Of a DNA stretch of 64,000 nt, positions 21,970 to 32,431 are shown one piece after another. The position numbers and the translations under genes are program-made. The notes below the pieces were generated by a model that saw only the letters and a program-made list of their open reading frames with translations, did not search any database and had not been told where the DNA came from. This stretch comes from an uncultured delta proteobacterium (lineage in GTDB: Bacteria; Desulfobacterota; Binatia; UBA9968), in NCBI GenBank assembly GCA_963737905.1, contig CAVTUQ010000030.1:32001-96000 (forward strand). The letters are read 5' to 3'. Each line of letters starts with the position of its first letter. Positions within the stretch are counted from its first letter, which is position 1.

Positions 21970-22806
21970 CTACTCCCACCAACTGAACAACGGCTTCCGC
22001 CGCATGCCTTTTTCCTGTTCCGGTGTCTGTGATGGATGACTTTCACGCATCGCCTTATCAACGTCGTACCTCAGCATCTCCCAGATCTTATCCACGCAGC
22101 GGCCAAAGTCGGGGTCCCTCATGCTCTTGAAGTTGCGCGGCCGGGGTACGTCCACGGTGACGATGCTCTTCACCACGCTTGGCGCCGCGCTCAGGACGGC
22201 AATGCGATCACAGAGCATCACCGCCTCTTCGATATTGTGGGTAACCAGGACCACCGTCTTTTTATCTCGTTCCCAAATGCGCAAAAGTTCTTCACGCAGG
22301 AGCAGGCGCGTCTGGGCGTCGAGACTCGCAAACGGTTCGTCCATCAAGATCACCTCGGGATCGTTAGCCAAAGCACGGGCAATGGCTACTTTCTGCTTCA
22401 TGCCGCCGGACAATTCCCCCGGCCGCGCGCCGCTGAAATCCAGCAACCGCACCATTTCCAAAAAGAATTGGCTGATACGCTTGTAAGTGTAGCGTTGCTC
22501 TTTACGAAACTCCGCACCCAAGGGGACGTTCTCCTCCACCGTCCGCCAGGGCATCAGCGCGGAGTCCTGGAAGACCATCGATACCAGCGACTGGGTTCTT
22601 TTTTCCCCGACAAATTCCACGCTCCCCTGCGTCGATTTTTCAAGGCCCGCCATGATGTGCAGCAACGTCGTCTTGCCGCAGCCCGTCGGCCCGATGATGC
22701 CGAAGAACTCTCGATCGCGCACTTCGATATCGACGCCGCCCAAGGCGCGGTTTTTTCCCTTTCCCGTCGTGAACTCTTTGGTTAAACCGTGAACAACAAC
22801 TTTCAT
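21970..22806 (-). CDS. ABC transporter ATP-binding protein (TauB/SsuB/NrtD type)
   Basis: GPTGCGKT, LSGGMKQK, LMDEPF, VTH and DVPRPR motifs. Confidence 0.95.
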   Translation of the reverse strand: MKVVVHGLTKEFTTGKGKNRALGGVDIEVRDREFFGIIGPTGCGKTTLLHIMAGLEKSTQGSVEFVGEKRTQSLVSMVFQDSALMPWRTVEENVPLGAEFRKEQRYTYKRISQFFLEMVRLLDFSGARPGELSGGMKQKVAIARALANDPEVILMDEPFASLDAQTRLLLREELLRIWERDKKTVVLVTHNIEEAVMLCDRIAVLSAAPSVVKSIVTVDVPRPRNFKSMRDPDFGRCVDKIWEMLRYDVDKAMRESHPSQTPEQEKGMRRKPLFSWWE

Positions 22807-22825
22807 CTCTAATACTCGGAGATCT

Positions 22826-22919
22826 AAACCGCAAAGAACGCAAAGATCACATAGCTTCAATAAGGCTCTCACCCTCCTGTGCGCCGGGTACTCTTTGCGT
22901 CCTGCGTTCTGTGCGGTTA
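22826..22919. repeat. ACCGCAAAGAACGCAAAG...CTTTGCG...GCGGT imperfect inverted repeat element
   Basis: Left arm aaccgcaaagaacgcaaag pairs with right arm ctttgcgtcctgcgttctgtgcggtt; a right half-copy sits at about 24841-24864. Confidence 0.65.
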
Positions 22920-22969
22920 GATCTTTTGTTCTTTTAATCTAAGAATCTTCTCCGACAATCACGCCCCTT

Positions 22970-23992
22970 CTACCTCGCGCTAAACATTTCATCGAACAGC
23001 TTGGCGTAGCGTTCGAAATTATCAAGAACTTCCGTGGGCGCAAAGGCGGGCCGAATCCCTTCCATTAAACGCGCATGTTCGGGCGGGACATCGATCCGAT
23101 CGGGAATTCGGCTCATGCCGCGGATGAGTTCTTGTCCTCGCTTCGACAGCACGAAATCCATGAACAGCCGGGCCGCATTTGGGTGAGGCGCCTTGGCAAA
23201 AATACCGGTAGGGTGAATATTGGCGAAAACCGGATTTAGATAAACCCAATCAACCGGCGCGCCCGCGGGTTTCAATGTTTCGAATGTCTGGGAGTAAGCC
23301 GTTAACCCGCCTTTGAACTCTCCCGCCGCAACGAGCTGTGCGACCAGATTCCGGCCGGCCCGAAGCTGCGCCTGCTTGGCCAGCTCGCGCATAAAACTCA
23401 TCCCCTTTTCATCACCCATCGCTTTGATCAGTGTGCCGAACCACTCGTAAGGCCTGCTGTCCATGCCAATCTGACCTTTCCACTCCGGCTTCAATAGATC
23501 GTCGTAAGACTTCGGCACGCTCGTCTTGGGCACGGTTCGAGTGTTGTAGCCGAACGCGGCATAGTTCGTATAGATCGACGTCCAGGTCGCCTGCGGGTCC
23601 TTGTATCCTTCTCTAAAGTATTTACGCTCCGGCGAATCGTAGGACGCAAACACCCCGCGCTTTTTTAAATTGTGTCCGTAGAAACTCGTCGTCATCGCTA
23701 CATCCCAAAGATATTGGCCGGCGCGGGCTTCGGTTAGAATTCTCTCCATGAGCGCGGCGTCGGTGGTCCGATAAAATACCGCGTCAATCTTCGGGTATAG
23801 CTGCTTGAATCCGTCGGTGAGCGTCTTAGAATCGGCCGCGTTGAAGGAAGCGTAGAACATGAATTTCCCTTCCGCTTCCGCGCGGTCTTTGACTTCCGCC
23901 GCGCCAGTGAAGATCGGCGATATCCACGCCCAGGCGGTGAAAAGGACCAATGCAATGCAGCCAACTTGCTTCACAGAACTAGCTCTCTCCAT
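22970..23992 (-). CDS. Extracellular solute-binding protein (AfuA/FbpA-like)
   Basis: Signal peptide, AEAEGK, YNT...PKSYDDLLKPEWKG and APHPNAARLFMDFVLS motifs. Confidence 0.9.
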   Translation of the reverse strand: MERASSVKQVGCIALVLFTAWAWISPIFTGAAEVKDRAEAEGKFMFYASFNAADSKTLTDGFKQLYPKIDAVFYRTTDAALMERILTEARAGQYLWDVAMTTSFYGHNLKKRGVFASYDSPERKYFREGYKDPQATWTSIYTNYAAFGYNTRTVPKTSVPKSYDDLLKPEWKGQIGMDSRPYEWFGTLIKAMGDEKGMSFMRELAKQAQLRAGRNLVAQLVAAGEFKGGLTAYSQTFETLKPAGAPVDWVYLNPVFANIHPTGIFAKAPHPNAARLFMDFVLSKRGQELIRGMSRIPDRIDVPPEHARLMEGIRPAFAPTEVLDNFERYAKLFDEMFSAR

Positions 23993-24020
23993 GAGTTTGC
24001 TTCTCGATGCCGGGTTGATC

Positions 24021-24050
24021 CCGAGACTCGAAACCCGAAACGCGAAACCC
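24021..24050. repeat. Heptamer tandem repeat (CGAAACN)n, copy 1
   Basis: ccgagac-tcgaaac-ccgaaac-gcgaaac; a similar run occurs at 56360-56391. Confidence 0.65.
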
Positions 24051-24054
24051 AACG

Positions 24055-24777
24055 TCATGGCATTTCGGCAAGCAAGCGTCCGTAACCCATCACCGGCTCG
24101 TTTAGTTGGAGGATCTTCTTCGTAGCCCAAACTTGTGCCGGGATACTCGAAACCACCGTGGTTTTCAGATCCTTTTCTAGCATCTCGAGAACCGGCAAGT
24201 TGTGCCAGCCGGCGCCCAACATGTAGATCCCGTCGGCCGGACCATGCTCAAGGAAGACTTTCTTGGCAAAACCGTAGATCGCCTCTGGAGAAAGCTTCCC
24301 GGCATCTTTGAACGGCACTTCGATTCCCTTCATCGCTTTCACTTCGAAGCCATCATCCTCCAAAAATTTGGCGAAGCGGCGGTTCATGTCGTCTTGGAAG
24401 TAAGTAATACCTACCAGTTTTTTCATTCCCAAAGCACGAAAAGCATCGACTTGCGCCATCGTCGCCACCAGCACCGGAATACCGTATCTTTTCGATAGCC
24501 GGTCAGAGATCTCACGGTCCGCACCGTGGCCGCGCACCATCGTTGGAGGCGCCCCCATGATCATGACGACATCGGCGCCCAGCTCGGCCAAACGTGCTAC
24601 TTTTTTTTCGGCCACCGACAACGCTTCCTGAAGCTCTTGCTCATTGCCGGCTCGGATGCCGGCGTGGCACGGTATGAACCCCACGCCCTCCGGCATGAGC
24701 TTGATAAAACTTTCCATCGAACCCGGTCGATAAGTGGGCTTAACCAATCCGACAACTCCTCGCGCGCCGTAATACAT
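24055..24777 (-). CDS. Maleate isomerase/arylmalonate decarboxylase (Asp/Glu racemase superfamily, EutA-like) protein
   Basis: VGLVKP, AFRALGMKK, TYF...N...FLEDDGFEV, ADGIY and LEKDL..TVVSS fold motifs; catalytic Cys positions replaced. Confidence 0.85.
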   Translation of the reverse strand: MYYGARGVVGLVKPTYRPGSMESFIKLMPEGVGFIPCHAGIRAGNEQELQEALSVAEKKVARLAELGADVVMIMGAPPTMVRGHGADREISDRLSKRYGIPVLVATMAQVDAFRALGMKKLVGITYFQDDMNRRFAKFLEDDGFEVKAMKGIEVPFKDAGKLSPEAIYGFAKKVFLEHGPADGIYMLGAGWHNLPVLEMLEKDLKTTVVSSIPAQVWATKKILQLNEPVMGYGRLLAEMP

Positions 24778-24806
24778 CTCTCTTCTTCTCCTGCCACGAT
24801 AATAGA

Positions 24807-24835
24807 GTAGGGGCGGGTTTCAAACCCGCCCCTAC
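24807..24835. repeat. GTAG-family REP palindrome, copy 1
   Basis: Perfect palindrome GTAGGGGCGGGTTT-C-AAACCCGCCCCTAC. Confidence 0.88.
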
Positions 24836-24881
24836 GGATCTGCGTTCTATGCGTTCTTTGCGGTCAAAAATATACTTTCCG

Positions 24882-26597
24882 TTATGCTGCGGCCCTCAGC
24901 CCTGCACCGTTGCCGTTGCCCAGGACCTTACCCGGAAGAGCGCCGGTGTGATTGCCCTTTTCGACCAGCACTTCGCCGTTGACGAGAGTCATCTCGATGC
25001 CCACCGCTTTTTGAATGAAGCGTCTTTCGTTGGCCGGCAAGTCCTGCACCATCTCTGGCTCGCACTCGCGGATCGTTGACGGATCGAAGAGCACCAGATC
25101 CGCCGCCATGCCGCGCCTGATTAAACCACGATCGTGCAAACCGAAGATCGAGGCGACCATGAAAGTCAGCTTGCGCACGCCCTCTTCCAGGCTCATGACG
25201 TTTTTCTCGCGGATCCAGTAGCCCAATAGCCGCGTCGCATAGCCGAAACCGGCGTCGTAAATCAGATGGGCACCGGCGTCGGACTGGCCGACGAGAGTAA
25301 ACGGGCTCCGGATGATCTCCGCCACCGCTTCTTCGTCGCCGTTGGTGCTGGAAGTTTGAAATTCTGTATCCAATCCCTCTTCCAAGGACAGATCCAGGAA
25401 GGCGTCGATGACGTCCTGGCCGCGAATTTTGGCGATCTCCGCCACACTTTTTTTCTCCAGATGTTTATTTGCCGGCGTCGCGGCCTTGATGAGATACACG
25501 AGATCCCAGCGCCGCGAGAACCGCGAAGATTTTTTCTCCTCCACCGCTTCGTAGCGCATCTTGCGCCGCGTCTCCGGATCGCGGATCGCTGCGATCCGAG
25601 CGTCAAGCGGTAAGAAGAGAATCGTTTTCCAAGTCGGCAGATCGTCGAACACCTGGGCGTTTTTCATGGTGAGACGGTTATTGAACAGCCGCGCGTTGCA
25701 CAGCGGATAGGATTGCACGCCGCGCTCCAAGGATTCCTTCGCCAGATCCAGCAGCTGGCGCCATTCATTCGGTTTATCCCAACGATGCGCGATGCTCTGC
25801 CAGATCACCGGCCGCCCGGATCGGGACGAGATCTCATCGAACAATTGCACCGTCTCGCGCATCGGCACCGAGACTCCAAGCGAACCCCGGGAAATCTGCA
25901 CCGCGCCTTGATTGATCTCGCCCAGCGCGCAGGCCAACTCGATGATTTCTTCATCGGTGGCGAATCGGCTTTGGATGGGCGTCCCGTCAGCAAACATGTG
26001 CACCGGATTTTGATTGGTCGAGAAGCCCATGGCGCCCGCGCGCACGCCGGCTTTAAGAATCTCTTTCATCTGGTGGATTTCCGTCGGAGTGGCGGCTCGT
26101 TCCGTGGCGGCATTGCCCATCACGAACTGCCTGAGCGCGCAGTGCCCCATCAAGGCGGCGACGTTGACGCCAAGATGACCGCGCAGCTTATCCAAATATT
26201 GCGGAAACGTCGTCCAACCCCACTCGACGCCGGCCCGCAAAGCCGGCAGCGAGATCGCTTCGACTCTTTCGAAGCTCTTGAGAATCGTGTCCCGGTCCTC
26301 CTCCTTACAGGGTGCGAGCGCAAGCGCGCAGTTTCCCGGAATAACCGTCGTCACACCGTGAAAGCAGGAGGATGTTGCCAGCGGATCCCATAATAACTGC
26401 GCATCGAGATGAGTATGAAAATCGATAAAGCCCGGTGATACCGCAAGCCCGTCGGCTTGGACCACGCGCTTCGCCTCGCCGCCGATCCGCCCCGTTTCAA
26501 CGATCCGCCCATCTTTAACCGCCACATCGCCAAGGTACGAGGGCATTCCGCTGCCGTCGTAGATCCGACCGCCTTTGATAACCAGGTCATAAGCCAT
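24882..26597 (-). CDS. N-acyl-D-amino-acid deacylase family amidohydrolase
   Basis: YDLVIKGGRIYDGSG, PGFIDFHTHLD, GVTTVIPGNC, SDAGAH and ADLVLFDP motifs. Confidence 0.92.
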   Translation of the reverse strand: MAYDLVIKGGRIYDGSGMPSYLGDVAVKDGRIVETGRIGGEAKRVVQADGLAVSPGFIDFHTHLDAQLLWDPLATSSCFHGVTTVIPGNCALALAPCKEEDRDTILKSFERVEAISLPALRAGVEWGWTTFPQYLDKLRGHLGVNVAALMGHCALRQFVMGNAATERAATPTEIHQMKEILKAGVRAGAMGFSTNQNPVHMFADGTPIQSRFATDEEIIELACALGEINQGAVQISRGSLGVSVPMRETVQLFDEISSRSGRPVIWQSIAHRWDKPNEWRQLLDLAKESLERGVQSYPLCNARLFNNRLTMKNAQVFDDLPTWKTILFLPLDARIAAIRDPETRRKMRYEAVEEKKSSRFSRRWDLVYLIKAATPANKHLEKKSVAEIAKIRGQDVIDAFLDLSLEEGLDTEFQTSSTNGDEEAVAEIIRSPFTLVGQSDAGAHLIYDAGFGYATRLLGYWIREKNVMSLEEGVRKLTFMVASIFGLHDRGLIRRGMAADLVLFDPSTIRECEPEMVQDLPANERRFIQKAVGIEMTLVNGEVLVEKGNHTGALPGKVLGNGNGAGLRAAA

Positions 26598-26723
26598 ACG
26601 CCACCCTCCTCGTTTTCGGTAACATTACACCGAGCTTATCGACAGACCTACATTGATGTCAACCAACGAGACTTATCGTCTGCACGCCGAGGCTCTTTGT
26701 TTCACAAGATCGGGCCCAAAGCC

Positions 26724-29700
26724 TCAGGAAAGCAGAAGCTCCAGGTCCTCGCGAGTCAAATTGTGAAGCAGGCTGTTGTCGGCGGTAATGATGGCGTCGG
26801 CCAGGTCACGCTTGGTTTGCTGCAACTCGATCACCTTTTCCTCCACCGTGTCGCGAGCGATGAGCCGATAAGCAAACACCTGACGCGTCTGTCCGATTCG
26901 GTGTGCCCGGTCGATGGCCTGAGTCTCAACCGCAGGGTTCCACCAGGGGTCGAGAAGATAGACGTATTCGGCCGCGTGCAGGTTGAGCCCCAGGCCGCCC
27001 GCCTTCAAGCTGATGAGAAACAGCTTCAAATTCGGATCATTTTGGAATTGCTCGACCGGCCACTCGCGGTCGCGCGTTCGTCCGTCCAGGTAGGCATAGG
27101 GAATCTTGGCCCCATCGAGCCGGCTCCTCAAAATTGCGAGCAGGCTCGTAAATTGAGAAAAAACCAAAATTTTATGCCCCTCATCGAGCACCTGATCGAG
27201 CTGCGCCAAGAGCGTGTCGATCTTGGCGCTCGGCTCCCCGGCCTTCTTTTTATCGATCAGGCCGGGATGGCAGGCCGCCTGGCGGAGGCGCAGCAGCGCT
27301 TCGAGCACCTGGAACTTTATCTGGCTTATGCCGTTACCACCGGCGTTTTTCAACAGCCGTCCGCGGTAATAGTCACGCAGCTCGTCATAGAGTTTTCTAT
27401 CCCGGGGCTCGAGATCGCAATAAATCGTCTGCTCGGTTTTCGGCGGCAGCTCCCGCGCGACCTCGTCCTTCGTCCGCCGCAGGATAAAAGGCCTCAAGGC
27501 CCGTGCCAGCACACTCCTTGTGGCAGGGTCGGGATTTCTCCCCGCGCGGCCAAACACCGACGCGCTCCCGAGCATTCCCGGGTTGAGAAACTCGAAAAGG
27601 CTCCAGAGCTCGCCCAGATGGTTTTCCACCGGCGTACCGCTCAAAGCCAGCCGATGATCAGCGCTGAGCAGACGAGCGGCTTTGGCGGAGAGAGTCCCGG
27701 CATTCTTGATGGCTTGGGCTTCATCGAGAATGCAGTAGTCGAAACGCAGGTCTTTGAACTGCAGCGCATCCCGCCGCAGCGTACCGTAGGTCGTAAGCAC
27801 CACGTCGTACTCATCGAAATGATCGCCGGGTTTGAGACGGGCCCCTCCCGTGTGATCGAGAACGCGCAGCTTGGGTGCAAATTGAAGCGCCTCCTTCTTC
27901 CAGTGAAAGACCAGCGAACGCGGCACAACGACGAGCGATGGACGGCGAGATTGATTGTCAACTTGAACGCGGAGATCGCGTCGCGATTCCAAAAGCGCGA
28001 GGACCTGAATCGTCTTGCCCAACCCCATGTCGTCGGCCAAACACCCACCGAAGCCGAAGCGCTGGAGAAAATAGAGCCAGCCTAATCCCTCCCGTTGGTA
28101 ACCGCGCAAACGGCCGGAAAACTCAGTCGGCGGGTCGGCAGATCTGATCCCGACAAAGGTCCTGAGCTCCTGGCGCACCTGCTCGAAGGTTGCGTCGGCG
28201 CTCACCGCCGGTTCCGAAGCCAGTAAAGCATCTAAGAGGCCCGCCTGCGGTCGCGTAAAGCGGATGTAATTTTTCTCGACGCTTCCAAGGCCGGCGAGAA
28301 AGCCGTATTTTTTCATCCACTCTTCGGGAATAATCCCCAAGGTGCCGTCGTCGAGGGGTACAGTTTGCTCGCCTTGCTTGATCGCACGCAACAGCCGTGG
28401 CAACGCCACCTTCGTATCGCCGAATTGCGCGCCGCCCTCGAGCTCGAACCAATCGACGCCGGAGCTGATGTCCATCGTCAGCGCACCCGCGTTCCGGTAA
28501 AGCTTGCCTTCGGCTTCGACATGCCAGCCTTCATTTGTCAAGGTGCGCACGACTTTGGGAAGCTGGTCGGGTGACAATCCGAGGTCAGAATCTTTGCTGG
28601 AATAACCGCTACGAAAACCGAGCTGCACAAGTCGCTTTTCGGCTGCGTTTTCAACCTCAGGGTCACGCCGTATCAGCCGGCGTCGCTCTTTTTGAAAGAT
28701 CCCGCCGCCCTCGTGATCGTGCTGGACCCTCTCGCCTTCATAATCAAAGGACAGCTTTCCCAGCAGATGGGGCCGGGCCCAAGGATGACGCTCTCCGGGC
28801 TTGATGATCAAGTTGGGTTTCGGGCGCGGCGTAAGCAGTTCGAATTTGAGTTCCTCGGGAAGGTCCAGATTGGGCTGTCGTGAGAAGCGCAGCAGCTCCG
28901 CAAGAAAAGTCTCGCCCTCTTCGTTGGGAATCGACAGAGCGCCCTGCGCGCGCAGCAGGGAAATCCAGGCAAAGGCGCCGTGGTCGTTAAGACGCGCAAT
29001 CCAACTGTCCCAGAACACCAAACCACCAGCGAGGAGCAAGACCGGTTTCGCCAGCTCCATCTCCGCCTCGCCGCGCCGTAGCACGCCTTTGACGGAATAG
29101 TTCCCAGTGTTGCTTTCACGCGTGACTTTAAGGCACAAATCCCACGCATCCCCATCATCCCAATAGACTGCCGGATGTTCTTTGGCAAGGATAGACACCC
29201 GCAAAAAACAACGCGCCGTCGCGCACATGAGCGGCAGCACGACATCCCATAGAGGCCGGGGCACGACAAACTCGGGATATACCGATTCGCTATAGTAAGG
29301 CGAGTAGCCATACGCGGCCCCCGGCCGCGAGCCGAAGAGAATCGCCAGAATTCGCCGGTCCCTCGGATCCACCAGGTCATTGATCTCATGGAGGCCGAGC
29401 TTTTTTGTCTTGAGCTTCCCCCATTCACCGTTAATCTTTTTGTCGCGCTGGGCCACTTCAACGGTAAGCCGCTCTTGGGCCAACGTTGCCCCCGCATTGA
29501 TGATGTACACGAATTCGCGCTCCGGTGCCGTCGTGAATCGCAAGCGACCTTCATCGGCCCCCATCTTCGCCAGCAGCGGCTGCAGTTGCTTTCTCCAACC
29601 CGGCGGCGGCGCCGGCTTCTTCACCAACGCTGGTCTTGGATAATGCCTCTCGGGGAACACTTCCGGAATCGCTTCGGAAAAGTCGGGCGCCGCGAAATCG

Positions 29701-29987
29701 CCGGCTCCCTTTAGATAGCCTTTCTGCTCCGCCGCGAGACAGGCCGCCCAGATGTGCTTGCAAGGCTCGAAATCTCTCTCGAAGTACGGGCAGGTGCATG
29801 AGTAATCCAAGAAGCCGTCCACACTGGAAATGGTGACGTCATATTGGATCGTCCCTTGAACAACGGCGTTTATGGACAACGCATCGCCTTTAATACGCTT
29901 CACTGCGCCGCTCAAGAAATACTGCCGGCCCCGCTGCTGGGAGAGTCTACCCACTTCGTCGGACAACTCTTCTGTGAGATAACCCAT
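26724..29987 (-). CDS. SWIM zinc finger plus SNF2-family helicase
   Basis: CTCP...CKH SWIM; LADDMGLGKT, DEAQ, SGTPVEN, FSQF, SLKAGGLGLNL and QAIDRAHRIGQ motifs. Confidence 0.97.
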   Translation of the reverse strand: MGYLTEELSDEVGRLSQQRGRQYFLSGAVKRIKGDALSINAVVQGTIQYDVTISSVDGFLDYSCTCPYFERDFEPCKHIWAACLAAEQKGYLKGAGDFAAPDFSEAIPEVFPERHYPRPALVKKPAPPPGWRKQLQPLLAKMGADEGRLRFTTAPEREFVYIINAGATLAQERLTVEVAQRDKKINGEWGKLKTKKLGLHEINDLVDPRDRRILAILFGSRPGAAYGYSPYYSESVYPEFVVPRPLWDVVLPLMCATARCFLRVSILAKEHPAVYWDDGDAWDLCLKVTRESNTGNYSVKGVLRRGEAEMELAKPVLLLAGGLVFWDSWIARLNDHGAFAWISLLRAQGALSIPNEEGETFLAELLRFSRQPNLDLPEELKFELLTPRPKPNLIIKPGERHPWARPHLLGKLSFDYEGERVQHDHEGGGIFQKERRRLIRRDPEVENAAEKRLVQLGFRSGYSSKDSDLGLSPDQLPKVVRTLTNEGWHVEAEGKLYRNAGALTMDISSGVDWFELEGGAQFGDTKVALPRLLRAIKQGEQTVPLDDGTLGIIPEEWMKKYGFLAGLGSVEKNYIRFTRPQAGLLDALLASEPAVSADATFEQVRQELRTFVGIRSADPPTEFSGRLRGYQREGLGWLYFLQRFGFGGCLADDMGLGKTIQVLALLESRRDLRVQVDNQSRRPSLVVVPRSLVFHWKKEALQFAPKLRVLDHTGGARLKPGDHFDEYDVVLTTYGTLRRDALQFKDLRFDYCILDEAQAIKNAGTLSAKAARLLSADHRLALSGTPVENHLGELWSLFEFLNPGMLGSASVFGRAGRNPDPATRSVLARALRPFILRRTKDEVARELPPKTEQTIYCDLEPRDRKLYDELRDYYRGRLLKNAGGNGISQIKFQVLEALLRLRQAACHPGLIDKKKAGEPSAKIDTLLAQLDQVLDEGHKILVFSQFTSLLAILRSRLDGAKIPYAYLDGRTRDREWPVEQFQNDPNLKLFLISLKAGGLGLNLHAAEYVYLLDPWWNPAVETQAIDRAHRIGQTRQVFAYRLIARDTVEEKVIELQQTKRDLADAIITADNSLLHNLTREDLELLLS

Positions 29988-30042
29988 ACAAAAAACTGAG
30001 TAACTTACTGGGACGAAAAAGTCTATGACCCGATCCCTAACA

Positions 30043-30087
30043 AGATTCGTTCAAGCCGTTCCAGTGTTCAGTCGTTCAAAACGTTCG
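30043..30087. repeat. GTTCAA periodic repeat, copy 2
   Basis: cgttcaagc-cgttccagt-gttcagt-cgttcaaaa-cgttcg in the divergent intergenic region. Confidence 0.7.
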
Positions 30088-30146
30088 TTGACAATCCGAT
30101 TCGCTCTGTGAGAATAAGCGCAAAGCAAAAACGTGGAGGTAATGTC

Positions 30147-31217
30147 ATGAAAACAAACTCGCACCGGAAATCAAACGGCTATAACAGAGGAGGCGCAAGG
30201 CGCATCATCGATGCCGACGGCCACGTGCGCGAGACCGATGAGCAAATCATGGACTATATGTCCGCTGGCTACCGCTCACGACGCGACGCCATGCTCTATT
30301 TTCCTCTGGTGCCGCACCATGGCTGGCACCGATCGATTCCCTCGAATGATTATCGCCACCAAGACTTTCGCGTGCCGGACTGGCGCGAGTGGGCGGCCAA
30401 GCTCGACGAGGGCAATATTGAGCTAACCGTTCTCTATCCGACGCGCTTCATGCACATCGGTCAGATCGGCAATCCAAAATACGCCGTGGAGCTATGCCGA
30501 GCCTATAACGATTTTCTCCACGAGCAATTTCTCATGCAAGATCGCCGCTTCCGCGGCATGGCGCTGCTGCCTCTCCAGGATGTCCCAGCGGCAGTAAACG
30601 AACTGCGCCGCGCAGTAAACCGGCATGGCATGGTGGGCGGTATCCTGCCGGCGGAAGGGTTGCCCCTGCCCCTCGGCCACGCGCTCTATCGCCCGATTTT
30701 CGTCGAGGCCGACCGTCTAGGCTGCGTCCTCTCGGTGCACTCCTGCACGTCGCTCAGAGACAACGACCGTTTTTTGCAGCCCAACGAAGTCGCCACGCTC
30801 GCCCATGTGATTCCCCAGATGCGCCAGTTTACGAATATCGTCTTCGCCGGGGTGATGAACAAACTGAAGAAACTCCGACTCGGCTTTCTCGAAGCGGGAT
30901 GTGGCTGGGCTCCCTTTCTGATCAGTAAAATCGAAGAACGATTGGAGCGAGTTTCACCCAACGAGCGACCGGTGCTGCCAAGCGAGCTGCTTGCCCGGAA
31001 GCAGTTTTTCTTTCAATGCGGCGAAGAGAACACGACGGAGCGGGATGTCGAACTGCTCGGGGACGATTGCCTCCTTTGGGCCTCGGACTTTCCCCACGAA
31101 GCAACGCGCACCAACTTGCATGAGTTGGTGAAAGAATTTTTTGACCGCAAAGATTTGTCGGCCACCGCGAAGAACAAAATCGCCCACGCCAACCCAAAGC
31201 ATTTCTATGACTTGTGA
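30147..31217 (+). CDS. Amidohydrolase_2 family protein (decarboxylase/hydratase-like)
   Basis: IIDADGHV, LCRAYND, FLEAGCGW and WASDFPH motifs; GGAGG RBS before ATG 30147. Confidence 0.92.
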   Translation: MKTNSHRKSNGYNRGGARRIIDADGHVRETDEQIMDYMSAGYRSRRDAMLYFPLVPHHGWHRSIPSNDYRHQDFRVPDWREWAAKLDEGNIELTVLYPTRFMHIGQIGNPKYAVELCRAYNDFLHEQFLMQDRRFRGMALLPLQDVPAAVNELRRAVNRHGMVGGILPAEGLPLPLGHALYRPIFVEADRLGCVLSVHSCTSLRDNDRFLQPNEVATLAHVIPQMRQFTNIVFAGVMNKLKKLRLGFLEAGCGWAPFLISKIEERLERVSPNERPVLPSELLARKQFFFQCGEENTTERDVELLGDDCLLWASDFPHEATRTNLHELVKEFFDRKDLSATAKNKIAHANPKHFYDL

Positions 31218-31286
31218 AAAAAGGGAGAGTTATATCTGCCCCCGTCAAAACGGAAAAAACTGTCATCTTCTTAGTTTTTCCTCCAG

Positions 31287-31326
31287 CGGCTTGAAGACTT
31301 GAACGTTTTGAACGGCTTCAACCGAT
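31287..31326. repeat. TTGAAC 9-bp periodic repeat, copy 3
   Basis: cttgaagac-ttgaacgtt-ttgaacggc-ttcaac between convergent genes. Confidence 0.75.
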
Positions 31327-32335
31327 TCAACGCTCTGAGAGGACCGATTTGATAAATCCGCTCTGATCTAGCTCTTTTACCAACCGGCTGTCGGCGAAAT
31401 CTTCGGGTTTAGCGCCTCGGGCCTTGGGATTCTGTTTTTCCAGCCCCTGAAGCAAACTGGCGATGCCCGGGATCGAAGGATAGGGCGGGATCGAAAAATT
31501 AGATTTGATCGTGGTTTCGTAACTTTCCTCAAGAATCTCCTTGTCATCGGTCCTGAAATATCTGCCCATGACCTTTAACGCAAAATTCTTGTCCTTCTTT
31601 CCGCGAGCCGCTCCTTCGATATAAGCCTTGAGAAAGCGCCGGACAATATCTTCCTGAGTCTTCAAGAATCTTCGCGTGGTCACCACGCCGTTAATGTGAT
31701 ACTCGGCCTCCAGCTTGGACATATCGAGTAGCTCTCTTAATTTGAACTTCCTCGCATTTAGCGTTGACGGCGGGCTCAAGGCTGCGGCATCGATTTTGCC
31801 TGCAACCATAGCGGTAATCGCTTCCGTCGGACCGCCGGTCTGGACCATCGTGATATCTCTTTCCGGATCTATGCCGTGTGATCGCAAAGCAAACCTGGCG
31901 GCAAGATCGGACAACGTCCCGAAGCGAGTGGTGCCGAACACCTTTCCCCTTAAGTCCTCCATTCGCTCGAAACCCGGACGCGCAAAAATCCAGAAAAGAA
32001 ACTTGCGCACGATGGTGGCGACAATGACGGTGTCGGCGCCGGAAAAGTTAGCCTGGATCGACGCGGCGCCACCCAGCTGAATAATCGGCAGATCTCCTGC
32101 GAGCATCGCCTGGAGCGCGAGCGAGCTTCCGGGGATACTGATAGCTTCGACGTTGAGGCCGTTCTTTTCGTAAAAATTCCCATCCTTGGCCAGCCACAAC
32201 GACATCTGAGTGGCCGACGCAGAACCACCGCCGACCCTGATCTTTTCAAGGTTTTTCTCCTGCGCGAGAACATTCGAGAGACAAAGCAGCCCTGTGACTA
32301 CAGTGACAAGAACCACGCGGATAGCTTTTTTTCAT
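31327..32335 (-). CDS. NMT1/SsuA-type ABC substrate-binding protein
   Basis: Signal peptide, LWLAKDGNFYEKNGLNVE and VKELDQSGFI; ATG at 32335 needs a one-base correction in an A7 run. Confidence 0.9.
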
Positions 32336-32431
32336 GGTTTTCCTTTCGGCTCAAAGACTACGCCATGACGCGGGCAACCGTCATCAGCGGCTGCCACTAC
32401 GAGGCCTGCGGTCTGGGAATCACTTTTGAAT

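Noticed and set aside
26457-28085. 542-aa plus-strand ORF
   Set aside because: Antisense shadow of the SNF2 helicase with no recognisable motifs; typical of GC-rich codon bias.
26724-29987. SNF2 helicase as part of a defence system
   Set aside because: Stand-alone SWIM-SNF2 architecture flanked by metabolic genes, with no nuclease or methylase partner.
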